Shown here: one piece after another, positions 1 to 10,765 of the stretch | How the letters are laid out: every line of letters begins with the position of its first letter | Numbering within the stretch: position 1 is the stretch's first letter | Assembly (NCBI GenBank): GCA_047967505.1 | Contig: CM106538.1 | DNA length: 64,000 nucleotides | DNA from: Dipteris shenzhenensis | Taxonomy: Eukaryota | Reading direction: 5' to 3' (one strand) | The notes under the pieces: model-generated | The model's database searches: none | What the model saw: the letters and a program-made list of their open reading frames with translations, nothing else | Told to the model about the DNA's origin: nothing | Made by a program: the position numbers and the translations under genes

Positions 1-1
1 C

Positions 2-536
2 ATTGACTTTGCTAAAAATTACTCCTTCAAATTGCAAAATGAGATCCAGTAAATGAATTAGCACACATAACAATGCACTATCTTGGTACATATCACCTAT
101 TGACACAACCAGGATGACAACTCCTTGATAATGAAGATGAAGTCCTATATTTTTTATGACACGATCATGATACACTCTTTATGCAACATTGTTTTCTAAG
201 TCATTAAAAATAGTTTAGAAGATGAAGGCCTGTAGCTTAAAAGACATTGGGTATGGTCTAATGGGTGGAAAGGTCAATTCAAGTTAGCTAGGCCATTTTA
301 CTTTGTTGGAAGGTTTTATGCCCTCACAAACTTGAAGATGACACATAACTTTTTAGCCTTTGGACATGGAAAAAGTAAGCATGATGGTGCAAGTGTAGTC
401 ATAAAAAGAGCCCTCATGCAAGAACAGCTCAAGGCCAATGGTGTTGTGTTGAAGAGGCCTGTGATGTTGTTTCTTTTCTTAGGGATGCACTCACTAATGT
501 TGCTAGAACTACCTTCAACAAGAATAGGGGAAAAAT
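2..536 (+). pseudogene. Decayed DDD/E transposase fragment, Sola2-like; 5' part lies outside the window
   Basis: Manual translation through stops and frameshifts gives IDFAKNYSFKLQNEIQ*...QCTILVH, HDTLFMQHC, HWVWSNGWKGQFK and HNFLAFGHGKSKHDGASVVIKRAL, matching the DFAENY..QxEIQ / SDGxxxQFK / GHGKxxxDG pattern. It is interrupted by the TIR at 541. Confidence 0.7.
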
Positions 537-540
537 AATT

Positions 541-566
541 AACACTTATTTCATTAATTTTGGACT
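541..566 (+). repeat. Terminal inverted repeat AACACTTATTTCATTAATTTTGGACT (copy A)
   Basis: Identical to 28936-28961 and to the reverse complement of 46599-46624. Confidence 0.92.
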
Positions 567-1315
567 CATATGTCTACTTTTGGACTATTCCTTAAAATCC
601 TTCCCAACTGAAAAGTTTACTTTATGAAACTGTCATTCGAGAATCAAAAGTTTACTTTCTGGCACTATCATTTTCACATAAGACATTTCAAAATATCTCT
701 CTACAATGTTGTACAAATAATGCAAAAACTACTATTAAATCCTAAATTTGTATTTCTTGTTTATAAGAATCATATTCTTAAAATAAAAAATCCGAGTTAT
801 TAGTTTAAATCCATGAAAAACCATGCTATTGAGGATTCACAACATTTTAAAAATGTATACATAAGAGACCTGTAAGACTCTTTTTACTTTCAATGCAGAA
901 AACTATAACACTCTTGAATATTCAAGAAATTAAAAGGTTTATATACACATGAGACATGATGGAAGCCTCTTTTGTACTCCAAAAAATAGCAATAGCTATG
1001 CTTGCAATTTTACATTATCATGTCATAAGTTTTACAACAAATATTGCTCTGGATGAGTCTTTGTACAAAGGATCTCCTGTGGCCTTTTCAATAATTTAAT
1101 TTTTCCTTTACAATGAGTTTAGTACAAATGGGCGATCCAAACATTTGCTTGTTTGAATGTCCTTTTCTATCATGATCATAGAAATGAGCGATCCAAACAT
1201 TTGCTTGTTCAAAATGTCCTTTCTGTCATCACTTGTCGCTTGGGTGCCATCTTCATTCACTCTCATCTGACAACCACCACCACCTTCACTCTTTCTCGAT
1301 ATTTGAATGGTGTTA

Positions 1316-4300
1316 TCATGGGCATTCTTCATTTGCGCTATCTCCTTCTACTTCCTCTCGGGCGAGCATCTTTGTGAACTCTGTAATGTGCGTAATAATT
1401 GGTTGCGGTAATTTTATTTTGTCTTCTACATCATACCCCATGTGCTTCTTTGTTTTCTTTGACCTTGATTTCCAGGATACTATGACTGTCTCTGTGGAAA
1501 GTCTTGAAATTGCTTCATGGTTTGGGACCCATTCCTTTTTCAAACAACTACTATACAATGTACTGTTATCTTGGTTCTCCTTCCTGCCCCTTGGCTCATA
1601 CCATACCACTGTAAATGTTGTAGCTCTCCCCCGGTCATCCATGCTCACGTCAACTACTTTCGCAACCCAAAACTTCACGTTCTCATGTTCATCATCCGAT
1701 GGTCGAACTGCAACAAAACAATGGACATCTATGTCTATTTGTCGCATAAACTCTCTCTTCTTGGGTCCACAATATGGACGTGGGAGCAACGATTTAAGCT
1801 CATTTTCAAAGAGACCACATGCTGGACGCAAGTCATTACCAACATTTGGCCAAAATAAAGGCCGTTCTGCCTTAATATCATCTTCTCGCATTTTTGCAAG
1901 GTCCTTTATCAATTGGTAGGTCTTGCTAATTACAACAGTAGTGTGTTCCTTCCAAGAGGGCTTCCAATCAGGAAATCTCCGGAGCATTTCCTCTTTGTAT
2001 GCAATAAAAGCTTTTAAGCCTTCTATTTCACCTTTGGATTTCTCGCTGAATTCTTTTATAGGAGCCCATGTTGGATGCATTTCTTTGCTCGGGATTGAAG
2101 TTAAGAGAGAGTAAGGTTCTTCAGGTTCCCATTTTGTATCAAGAGAATAGTGTTGCCATTGCATCACTGGTTTTTCATCCTTTAAGAAAAATCGAAAATA
2201 GTGTGGAGCGCTATGACCAATCAGGGCATCACCACCTTTTTGTATGAAAGGTAGAATAAAGCTCTTCCAATCATACATCCTCTCAACCATTGAGCATATT
2301 GTTCCTTCCTTACGGCCACCAACTTGCCTCCCACATTTTCTTATCAAGTCATCCATTGTCTCCATGTCCTTGTGTTTTAGTTCTCTTGAAACTGTGCTAA
2401 ATACCTGATCGATATCCTCATGTGTGTGCCCAACCAACAAAAACCCAACTTCAATCTCACTGAAGATTCTATGAGCGATTAGCATTGAGCAAAATGCAAA
2501 GAAGAGTACATTCTTATTCTCTCGTCCGCAATTGTCTGCTTGTATTCTCAAAGTTGCTGGTAGGCGACCTTTTTCTGCATGTACATTGTGAATTGCCTTC
2601 ATAACGGATGTTACAACTTGATTGCTATCGTGTAGATGCAAGGAATCAATCCATATGTCTGCAAAAAACTTAAATCCGTGCACTAACACTCCACATAGAT
2701 GTGTCTTTAAAAAGTATTTGCCTTGTAGCTTAGGTGGAGTGTTAACGAATCGAGGTAATGTTGTTGTATTTTGATCCATACCATCTACAATAATGCACAT
2801 GTACTCATTTGGGTGAGAAATAGCTTGCTCCTTCCAAAATGCATATTTTATTCTAGAATGTCGAACAAGTCCATGATGAAATTCTCTCTTTCTTTTGTAA
2901 GCTTCTTTTTGTTCTGGAGATGTTGCACTCTCAAGTGCTCGCTTTAGATCATCACAGTCGTTGCACTTTGACATTTTTTGCCTCTTTGGGATTTTAACAT
3001 GTCCAAAGCTTTTTTTCCAAAGAGTATACAAAGTATGAAAAGATGCCAGTGCATGCCCTCTTTGCCTCTGTGTTTCTCCAATAGAGTGAAATACTTCTTT
3101 TTTGGTCAAAGCTATCGGAAGATGCATTTCTGATAGGTGGGGTTGCGGTAAAGCATTTTCATAAATGTAATCTTTCAAAATTGATGTTGCCGCAACCGCC
3201 GTTGAGGCTCTTGTTTTGGGCCTTCCTATGTTTCCATGAATGTTAAATTTAACTCCATACTTTGCTTTATTAGCCAAATTCCAATATGTGCCATGTGATA
3301 ATCCTGTAATAATGCGATATGCATTATTGCATCTACTTTTTCCATTTATAAGAGGCCTTATTTGATGTCCTGAACTTCGCCTTCTCTTATCATTTACAAG
3401 AAAGCAAGACAATCTCGTGAGTAGGTATTCATTTCTTCTGCTTCCTTTCCTTTGCCAGACATGTTCTCTACAACCCTTGATGTCATGTAAGTTAATGGAT
3501 CGCATACATGTATGCTTACAGCATGTAGATCGCATTGCTTTTAGCATAACATCTTCATTCATTACTCTTATTCTCTTTGGTTGCTTTTCTGGATCTGCCT
3601 GCACTCGTTGTCTTTTCATGCATCTGTATGTCCGTTTTGGGACCTTCTGTACATTCTTATTTGGATTTGTGTAGTTCTCCTTGTAAGATTTATTTGTCAC
3701 GTTGTTTTCATGAGATGTTGCATCCTTGATCTTATCACTCTGACAGTCAAATACTGAATATTCCTTTGTTGATGTCATCCTTGCTTTTGATACATTCGTC
3801 AAACCATTTGTAACATTTACAAGTTCAAAATCAAAGTCAAACACCGAATAGTCCTTTGTTGATCTCATCCCTACTTTTGATACAATCGTAGAACCACTTG
3901 TCACAATGGCATTAGAGTGTCCCGAATGATCTTCAAACTCATCTTTTCCTGAGAGAACATCACTCATTGATGCACTTTCTATGGATTTCATAACTCCATA
4001 GTCAGTGGTGATAGAGTGTCCAGAATGATCTTCAAACTCATCTATTCCTGAGAGAACATCGCTCATTGATGCACTTTCTATGGATTTCATAACTCCATAG
4101 TCTTGAAACTCCTCTACTCCAGAGAGAACATCACTCATTATACTATCGTGCATGATTTCCATAATTCCATAGTTACCTGCTTTGACTCCAAGAACTTTAT
4201 CAGTATCCATGAAGCCATCCATGCTTGAAGATATAACACTTTTGACATCTTTGCCCAAGTTCTCAATGTGCATGAACTCATCCACCCCGGATAAGGCATC

Positions 4301-5080
4301 ACTTGTGAAATATTTTTCTTTCTCGGTACCAATGAACTCATTGACTTCTGATAAGACGTCAGTGCTATAGTTGAGTGCATTGGAATCATCCATCTCTGAA
4401 GGAATAGAGCTTGGTACATTGGCATATTCTTTCAATTCTTTGATGTTGTAGTATACATTATGTTTATCATTAAAAACCACATGCCGAGTCTTTCCAATCT
4501 TTAAAAATTGCATGCTCCATCTCAAATCCTTACCTACCTCATAGTAGGGACCATCCAATGACATTGAGTTATCATCCATACCATCATCAGTAACTTTTTG
4601 AATTCTCATCTGCGCAAATGTCCAGTGTTCAACTTGTTCAAATCCCAAGACTTGACCTTCTGCTACATACTTATTTGTAAATGATAACATTTGTAAAATA
4701 TCTCCCACTCTAAAATCCAAAGATATGCACTTTGTATTCCTGATGACATGTGTTGGATAAGTCTCATCTCTGTCCCATGCAATAAATGCTTTGTTGGAAG
4801 TATTATAGGGCATAACATCTCCAAGGATTTCCATATCCCCACACTTATGCTTTAGCTCAACATGTGCACTAAGAATCCTTGATACGATAACCGCCACCTT
4901 ATCTTCGCCAAGTCTTCTAAAGTGACAAATAGAATTTGGATCACTTTCATGGATTGTAGCAAATGCAACTACTTCTCTTTTGCAACATAAAATCACCTCC
5001 ATCCCCGGAATAAATTTTGTAGCCATCTCCTTTGTGAGTTTCCTTTGCAAACAAGCTGTAACAACCATTATAAAGAACAT
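1316..5080 (-). CDS. Intact Sola-like (DUF7869-type) DDD transposase; probable true start MATKF at 5026
   Basis: Uninterrupted 1254-aa ORF inside a TIR element. Core motifs are IIVDGMDQ, LRIQADNCGRENKN and FLLVGHTHEDIDQVFS, with Cys clusters CCKHTC and KCNDC upstream. A TTACAG acceptor just upstream of MATKF suggests a 5'UTR intron. Confidence 0.85.
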   Translation of the reverse strand: MFFIMVVTACLQRKLTKEMATKFIPGMEVILCCKREVVAFATIHESDPNSICHFRRLGEDKVAVIVSRILSAHVELKHKCGDMEILGDVMPYNTSNKAFIAWDRDETYPTHVIRNTKCISLDFRVGDILQMLSFTNKYVAEGQVLGFEQVEHWTFAQMRIQKVTDDGMDDNSMSLDGPYYEVGKDLRWSMQFLKIGKTRHVVFNDKHNVYYNIKELKEYANVPSSIPSEMDDSNALNYSTDVLSEVNEFIGTEKEKYFTSDALSGVDEFMHIENLGKDVKSVISSSMDGFMDTDKVLGVKAGNYGIMEIMHDSIMSDVLSGVEEFQDYGVMKSIESASMSDVLSGIDEFEDHSGHSITTDYGVMKSIESASMSDVLSGKDEFEDHSGHSNAIVTSGSTIVSKVGMRSTKDYSVFDFDFELVNVTNGLTNVSKARMTSTKEYSVFDCQSDKIKDATSHENNVTNKSYKENYTNPNKNVQKVPKRTYRCMKRQRVQADPEKQPKRIRVMNEDVMLKAMRSTCCKHTCMRSINLHDIKGCREHVWQRKGSRRNEYLLTRLSCFLVNDKRRRSSGHQIRPLINGKSRCNNAYRIITGLSHGTYWNLANKAKYGVKFNIHGNIGRPKTRASTAVAATSILKDYIYENALPQPHLSEMHLPIALTKKEVFHSIGETQRQRGHALASFHTLYTLWKKSFGHVKIPKRQKMSKCNDCDDLKRALESATSPEQKEAYKRKREFHHGLVRHSRIKYAFWKEQAISHPNEYMCIIVDGMDQNTTTLPRFVNTPPKLQGKYFLKTHLCGVLVHGFKFFADIWIDSLHLHDSNQVVTSVMKAIHNVHAEKGRLPATLRIQADNCGRENKNVLFFAFCSMLIAHRIFSEIEVGFLLVGHTHEDIDQVFSTVSRELKHKDMETMDDLIRKCGRQVGGRKEGTICSMVERMYDWKSFILPFIQKGGDALIGHSAPHYFRFFLKDEKPVMQWQHYSLDTKWEPEEPYSLLTSIPSKEMHPTWAPIKEFSEKSKGEIEGLKAFIAYKEEMLRRFPDWKPSWKEHTTVVISKTYQLIKDLAKMREDDIKAERPLFWPNVGNDLRPACGLFENELKSLLPRPYCGPKKREFMRQIDIDVHCFVAVRPSDDEHENVKFWVAKVVDVSMDDRGRATTFTVVWYEPRGRKENQDNSTLYSSCLKKEWVPNHEAISRLSTETVIVSWKSRSKKTKKHMGYDVEDKIKLPQPIITHITEFTKMLAREEVEGDSANEECP

Positions 5081-5154
5081 TAGTCTCTTCTCAATAATCT
5101 ACTTTATTAATGATTTAAAAATCCAGAACGTGTTTGAAAATTTAATTAGACACT

Positions 5155-6195
5155 AACCAATAACAACCCTAAACCAATAACAACCCTAAACCCTAAACCA
5201 AAACAACCCTAAACCCTAACCAATAACAACCCTAAACCCTAAACCCTAAACCCTAACTCCCAAACCCTAAACCCTAAACCCTAAACCCTAACTCCCACAC
5301 CCTAAACCCTAAACCCTAACCCCCAAACCCCAAACCCTAACTCCCAAACCCTAAACCCTAAACCCCAAACCCTAAACCCTAACTCCTAAACCCTAAACCC
5401 TAACTCCCAAACCCTAAACCCTAAACCCTAAACCCTAAACCCTTAACCCTAACCCCCAAACCCTAAACCCTAACTCCCAAACCCCAAACCCTAAACCCTA
5501 ACTCCCAAACCCTAAACCCTAAACCCTAAACCCTAACTCCTAAACCCTAAACCCTAAACCCTTAACCCTAACCCCCAAACCCTAAACTTTAAACCCTAAC
5601 TCCTAAACCCTAAACCCTTAACCCTAACCCCCAAACCCTAAACTCTAAACCCTAACCCCCAAACCCTAAACCCTAACTCCTAAACCCTAGATCCTAAACC
5701 CTTAACCCTAACTCCCAAACCCTAAACCCTAAACCCTAAACCCCAAACCCTAATCCCTAAACCTTAAACTCTAACTCCCAAACCCTAAACCCTAAACCCT
5801 AACCCCCAAACCCTAAACCCTTAACCCTAAACCCTAACTCCCAAACCCTAAACCCTAAACCCTAAACCCTAACTCCCAAACCCTAAACCCTAAACCCCAA
5901 ACCCTAAATCCTAAACCTTAAACTCTAACTCCCAAACCCTAAACCCTAACCCCCAAACCCTAAACCCTAAACCCTAACCCCCAAACCCTAAACCCTAAAC
6001 CCTAAATCCTAAACCCTAAACCCTAAATCCTAAACCCTAACCCCCAAACCCTAAACCCTAAACCACCAAACTCTAAACCCTAACCCCCAAACCCTAACCC
6101 TCAAACCTTGAACCCTAAACCCTAAACCCTAAACCCTAACTCACCAAACCCCAAATGCTAAGCCCAAACCACGAAATCCTAAACCTTAAATCCTA
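5155..6195 (-). repeat. Interstitial plant telomeric array (CCCTAAA)n with variants, internal to copy A
   Basis: About 1 kb of AAACCCT interspersed with CCCTAACTCCCAAA and CCCTAACCCCCAAA variants. Confidence 0.97.
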
Positions 6196-6272
6196 TGAGT
6201 GTTTTCAAGTAATATCATTTATTTAAGTAATAGTTTTAATTAGAATTCTTAAGTAATAGTGGAATTGATAGT

Positions 6273-7240
6273 TGGGAGGGTGGTAGTGGGAGAAAGGGAG
6301 AGTGGGAAAGTGGAGAAAGGGAGTGTGGGAGGGTGGTAGTGGGAGAAAAGGAGAGTGGGAGAGGGAGTGGGAATGGGGGCGGTGGGGGTGGGGGTGGGAG
6401 GATGGGAGTGGGAGTGGGAGAGGGAGTGGGAATGGGGGAGGTGGGGGTGGGGGTGGGAGAATGGGAGTGGGAGTGGGAGAGGGAGTGGGAATGGGGGAGG
6501 TGGGGGTGGGGGTGGGAGAATGGGAGTGGGAGTGGGAGTGGGAGAGGGAGTGGGAATGGGGGAGGTGGGGGTGGGGTGAGGGTGGGAGGATGGGAGTGGG
6601 AGTGGGAGGGGTGGGGAGTGGGAGTGGGAGGATGGGAGTGGGAATGGGGGAGGTGGGGGTGGAAGTGGGAGGGGTGAGGTGGGAGGATGGGAGTGGGAAT
6701 GGGGGAGGTGGGGGTGGAAATGGGAGGGGTGGGGTGGGAGGATGGGGGAGGGAGTGGGAGTGGGGGAGGTGGGGGGGGTGGGAAAATGGGAGTGGGAGTG
6801 GGAATGGGGGAGGTGGGGGGGTGGGAAAATGGGAGTGGGAGTGGGAGTGGGAGAGGGAGTGGGAGGATGGGAGTGGGAGGGGTGAGGTGGGAGGATAAGG
6901 GTGGGAGAGTGGGAGTGGGAGTGGGAATGGGGGGGGAGGGGTGGGGGTGGGAGGATGGGAGTGGGAGTGAGAGGTGTAGGTGGGAGGATGGGAGTGGGTG
7001 GGAGAATGGGAGTGGGAGTGGGAGTGGGAATGGGGGAGGTGGGGGTGGGGTGAGGGTGGGAGTGGGAGGGGTGGGGTGGGAGGGGTCGGGTGGGAGAGGG
7101 AGTGGGAATGGGGAAGGTGAAAGAATGGGCGTGGGCGTGGGAGTGAGAATGGGGGAGGTGGGGTGGGAGGATGGGGGTGGGAGTGGGAGTGGGAATGGGG
7201 TGGGAGTGGGAATGGGGTGGGAGGATGGGAGTGGGTGGGA
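6273..7240 (+). repeat. G-rich (GGGAGT/GGGGT/GGGAAT)n array, G-quadruplex-prone
   Basis: Continuous G-tracts of 3 or more separated by 1-4 nt loops. Confidence 0.93.
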
Positions 7241-7320
7241 GAGAGAGAGAAGATAATCTAATAGAGAGGCCAATGGGAGAGGAGATAATGTTATAGAAGG
7301 ACCAATGAGAGAGAAGCACT

Positions 7321-7463
7321 TAAAACCCTAGTTTTTCTTATATATACTCTCCTTCTCTCATTGTTTCTCTCATTTCAACAAGGAAGAGCAAGAGGAGAAG
7401 CAAAAAGAGGAGGAAGAGCAAAAGCAAGCACAAGCATCGATTTCAACTTTTTTCCAGGTACTT
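7321..7463 (+). promoter_or_regulatory. Putative core promoter and non-coding first exon facing the cargo gene (counterpart in copy B about 40930-41080, minus strand)
   Basis: Telo-box AAACCCTA (7323), TATATATA (about 7339), a pyrimidine patch, then a CAG|GTACTT donor-like site at 7457/7458. Conserved in both copies. Confidence 0.45.
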
Positions 7464-7499
7464 TTTTTAAAATTTGTATTCTTTGAAATTTTATTATAG

Positions 7500-9900
7500 A
7501 GAGAGAAAAGTGAAGGAAAGATTTTTAGAGAGAGAATATAAGAGAGAGAGTCTTGCTGCCTCGGCAGCAAAAGAGAGAGAGAAAGAGAGAGGGAGAGAGA
7601 GGAGATAAGGGGGGGGAAAGAGAGGGGAGAGAAAGGGAGGGGGGAGAGAAGGGGGAGGGGGGGAAGAGAGGGGAGAGAGGGGGGAAGCCGCGAGGGGGGG
7701 GAGAGAGAGAGGGGAGGGGGAGGCCGCTGCCGCGGCAGCGGAGAGGGGGGGAGGGAGGGGAGGGAGAGGGGAGGGGAGAGGGAGGGGGGGGGGAGAGAGA
7801 AGGGGGGGCGGCGAGAGAGGGAGGGGAGGGGGGAGAGAGAAGGGGGGGCGGCGAGAGAGAGGGGGGAGAGGGAGGGGAGGGGAGGGGGAGAGAGAGAAGG
7901 GGGGGGACGCTGCCACTACCGCGGCAGCGAGAGAGGGGGAGGGGGGGGAGAGGGAAGGGGGGGCGGGGGCAGCGAGAGAGAGGGGAGGGAGAGAGAGAGA
8001 AGGGGGGGCCGCTGTCGCTGCCGCGGCAGCGAGAGAGGGGGAGGGGGGGGAGAGGGAAGGGGGGGGGCAGGGGCAGCGAGAGAGAGGGGAGGGGGAGAGA
8101 GAGAAGGGGGGGGGCGCAGAGAGGGGGGAAGCCACGAGGGGGGGGAGAGAGAGAGGGGAGGGGGAGGCCGCTGCCGCGGCAGCGGAGAGGGGGGGAGGGA
8201 GGGGAGGGAGAGGGGAGGGGAGAGGGAGGGGGGGGGGAGAGAGAAGGGGGGCGGCGAGAGAGGGAGGGGGGGAGAGAGAAGGGGGGGCGGCGAGAGAGAG
8301 GGGGGAGAGGGAGGGGAGGGGAGGGGGAGAGAGAGAAGGGGGGGGCCGCTGCCGCTGCCGCGGCAGTGAGAGAGGGGGAGGGGGGGGAGAGGGAAGGGGG
8401 GGCGGGGGCAGCGAGAGAGAGGGGAGGGAGAGAGAGAGAAGGGGGGGCCGCTGCCACTGCCGTGGCAGCGAGAGAGGGGGAGGGGGGGAGAGGGAAGGGG
8501 GGGGACGGGGGCAGCGAGAGAGAGGGGAGGGGGAGAGAGAGAAGGGGGGGCGCTGCCGCTGCCGCGACAGCGAGAGAGGGGGAGGGGGGGGAGAGGGAAG
8601 GGGGGGGCGGGGGCAGCGAGAGAGAGGGGAGGGAGAGAGAGAGAGGGGGGGCCGCTGCCGCTGCCGCGGCAGCGAGAGAGGGAGGGGGGGGAGAGAGAGA
8701 AGGGGGGGCGGTGAGAGAGAGGGGGGAGAGGGAGGGGAGGCGAGGGGGGAGAGAGAGGGGGGAGCTGCACCAGCGAGAGAGGGGGAGGGGGGGGAGAGGG
8801 AAGGGGGGGCGGAGCGGGGGCAGCGAGAGAGAGGGGAGGGGGAGAGAGAGAAGGGGGGGGCCGCTGCCGCTACCGCGACAGCGAGAGAGGGGGAGGGGGA
8901 AGAGGGAAGGGGGGGGCGGGGGCAGCGAGAGAGAGGGGAGGGGGAGAGAGAGAAGGGGGGCCGCTGCCGCTGCCGCGACAGCGAGAGAGGGGGAGGGGGG
9001 GGAGAGGGAAGGGGGGGGCGGGGGCAGCGAGAGAGAGGGGAGGGGGGGGAGAGGGAAGGGGGGGGCAGGGGCAGCGAGAGAGATGGGAGGGAGAGAGAGA
9101 GAGGGGGGAGAGGGAGGGAAGGGGAGGGGAGGGGAGGGGAGAGAGAGAGGGGGGAGCCGCTACCGCTGCCGCTGCCACGGCAGCGAGAGAGGGAGGGGGG
9201 AGAGAGAGAAGGGGGGGCAGCGAGAGAGAGGGGAGGGAGAGAGAGAGAGGGGGGAGAGGGAGGGGAGGGGAGGGGAGGGGAGAGAGAGAGGGGGGAGCCG
9301 CTGCCGCGACAGCGAGAGAGGGGGAGGGGGGGGAGAGGGAAGGGGTGGGGAGAGGGAAGAGAGAGGGGGGGGCCGCTGCCGTGGCAGCGAGAGAGGAGGG
9401 GGGGGAGAGAGATAAGGGGGGGCAGCGAGAGAGAGGGGGGGGAGAGGGAGGGGAGGGGAGGGGAGAGAGAGGGGGGGGGGCCGCTGCCGCGGCAGCGAGA
9501 GAGGAGGGGGGGGAGAGAGAGAAGGGGGGAGATGCGAGAGCGAGAGAGAGGGGGAGGGAGAGAGAGAGAGGAGGGGGGGGCCGCTGCCGCGGCAGCGAAA
9601 GAGAGGGAGGGGGGAGAGAGAGAGAGAGAGAGAGGGAGGAGAGAGAGAGAGAGGGGGAGGCCGCTGCCACGGCAGCGAGAGGGAGAGAGGGGGGAGAGAG
9701 AGAGAGGGGAGGGGGGGGAGGTCGCGGCAAGTGAGAGAGAGAGTGGGGAGCGCAAGTGAGAGAGAGGGAAAAGGTGAGGAGAAAGGGAGAGAGAGAGAGA
9801 GAGGGGAAATGAAGAGGAGGGGAGAGAGTAGACGAAGATGAGAGGAAACGTAGACTAGAGCGGAGAGGAAAGAGAGAGAGAGAAGAGTGAGAGAGATGAA
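7500..9900 (+). repeat. Polypurine GA/G-rich array with recurring palindrome CGCTGCCGCGGCAGCG
   Basis: (GA)n and G-runs interrupted repeatedly by GCCGCTGCCGCGGCAGCG and its C>T/G>A variants. Confidence 0.93.
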
Positions 9901-10765
9901 AATTTAGAGAGGGAGGACACGAGAAAGTACGATCGAGATAGAAAATCTTACCAATGAAGAGGAGAAGTGAGTGGGCGACGATCGAGACAAGATAAAGGAG
10001 CTACGATCAATGAGGCATATGAGAGGAGATTGGTATGTGATTTAGTCGAAACTTAAACAAACAAAACTATAAACCTTGGTGTTTGATGAAAATTTAGAGA
10101 GGAAGGGCACAAGAGAAAGTACGATCGAGATAAAAAATCTTACCAATGAGGAGAAAAAATGAGTGGGCAACGATCAAGAAGAGATAAAGGAGAGATGTTT
10201 TGATGGAAGAATTTGGGAGCTACGATCAATGAGGCATATTAGAGGAGATTGGTGTGTGATTTAGTCGAAACTTAAACAAACAAAACTATAAACCTTGGTG
10301 TTTGAAAAGAGAAACGTGTGGAAACTAGAATTTCAAATTTCCCGCCTTTTTTAAAACTATGAATCCTTGTGTTTGAAAAGATAAACGTGTGAAAACTTGA
10401 AAATTGTGATAAAAGACAACCTTGTGTTTCAAAAGACAAACGCGTGGATGTGAAAATTGTGATAAAAGACAACCTTGTGTTTCAAAAGACAAACGCGTGG
10501 ATGTGAAAAGACAAATGTATGCTAAAAGCAAAACTTGTAGAAACTTGAATTTTAAATTTTTCTTTGTTTTTGAATTTAAAATGAGTTTCACTTTCATTTT
10601 TAATTTACTAGTTTAATTTAGACTATAATGCATTTTGTTTTGGAATATAAAAAGTATAATTTTAATTTTATTACATTTTAAATTAAAATTTTAAAAGTAG
10701 TTTAACTTACATTCGTTATTATTACTTTAATTTATTTCTTTTTAGGGAGAATTAATATATTCTTC

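Noticed and set aside
1108-2114. Overlapping and antisense short ORFs around the transposase 3' end and throughout the copia elements
   Set aside because: They are shadow frames of real coding sequence and recur only because the elements are repeated.
5155-6195. True chromosome end or telomere-fusion scar
   Set aside because: The array is degenerate, flanked by unique element sequence on both sides, and repeated at the same position in the second copy.
6236-9759. Long Pro/Ser/Leu-rich and Gly/Glu/Arg-rich ORFs (also 38655-42119) resembling extensins or formins
   Set aside because: They are open in most frames on both strands because the repeats lack stop codons, and frames are not conserved between copies A and B.
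7500-9900. CRISPR-like array of palindromic repeats with spacers
   Set aside because: The spacers are low-complexity GA runs, the context is eukaryotic and there are no cas genes.
9896-10510. Short duplications (about 190 bp and 50 bp), plus a 46-bp pair near 11860-11950, as separate MITEs
   Set aside because: No TIRs or TSDs; they are ordinary local tandem duplications within the element.
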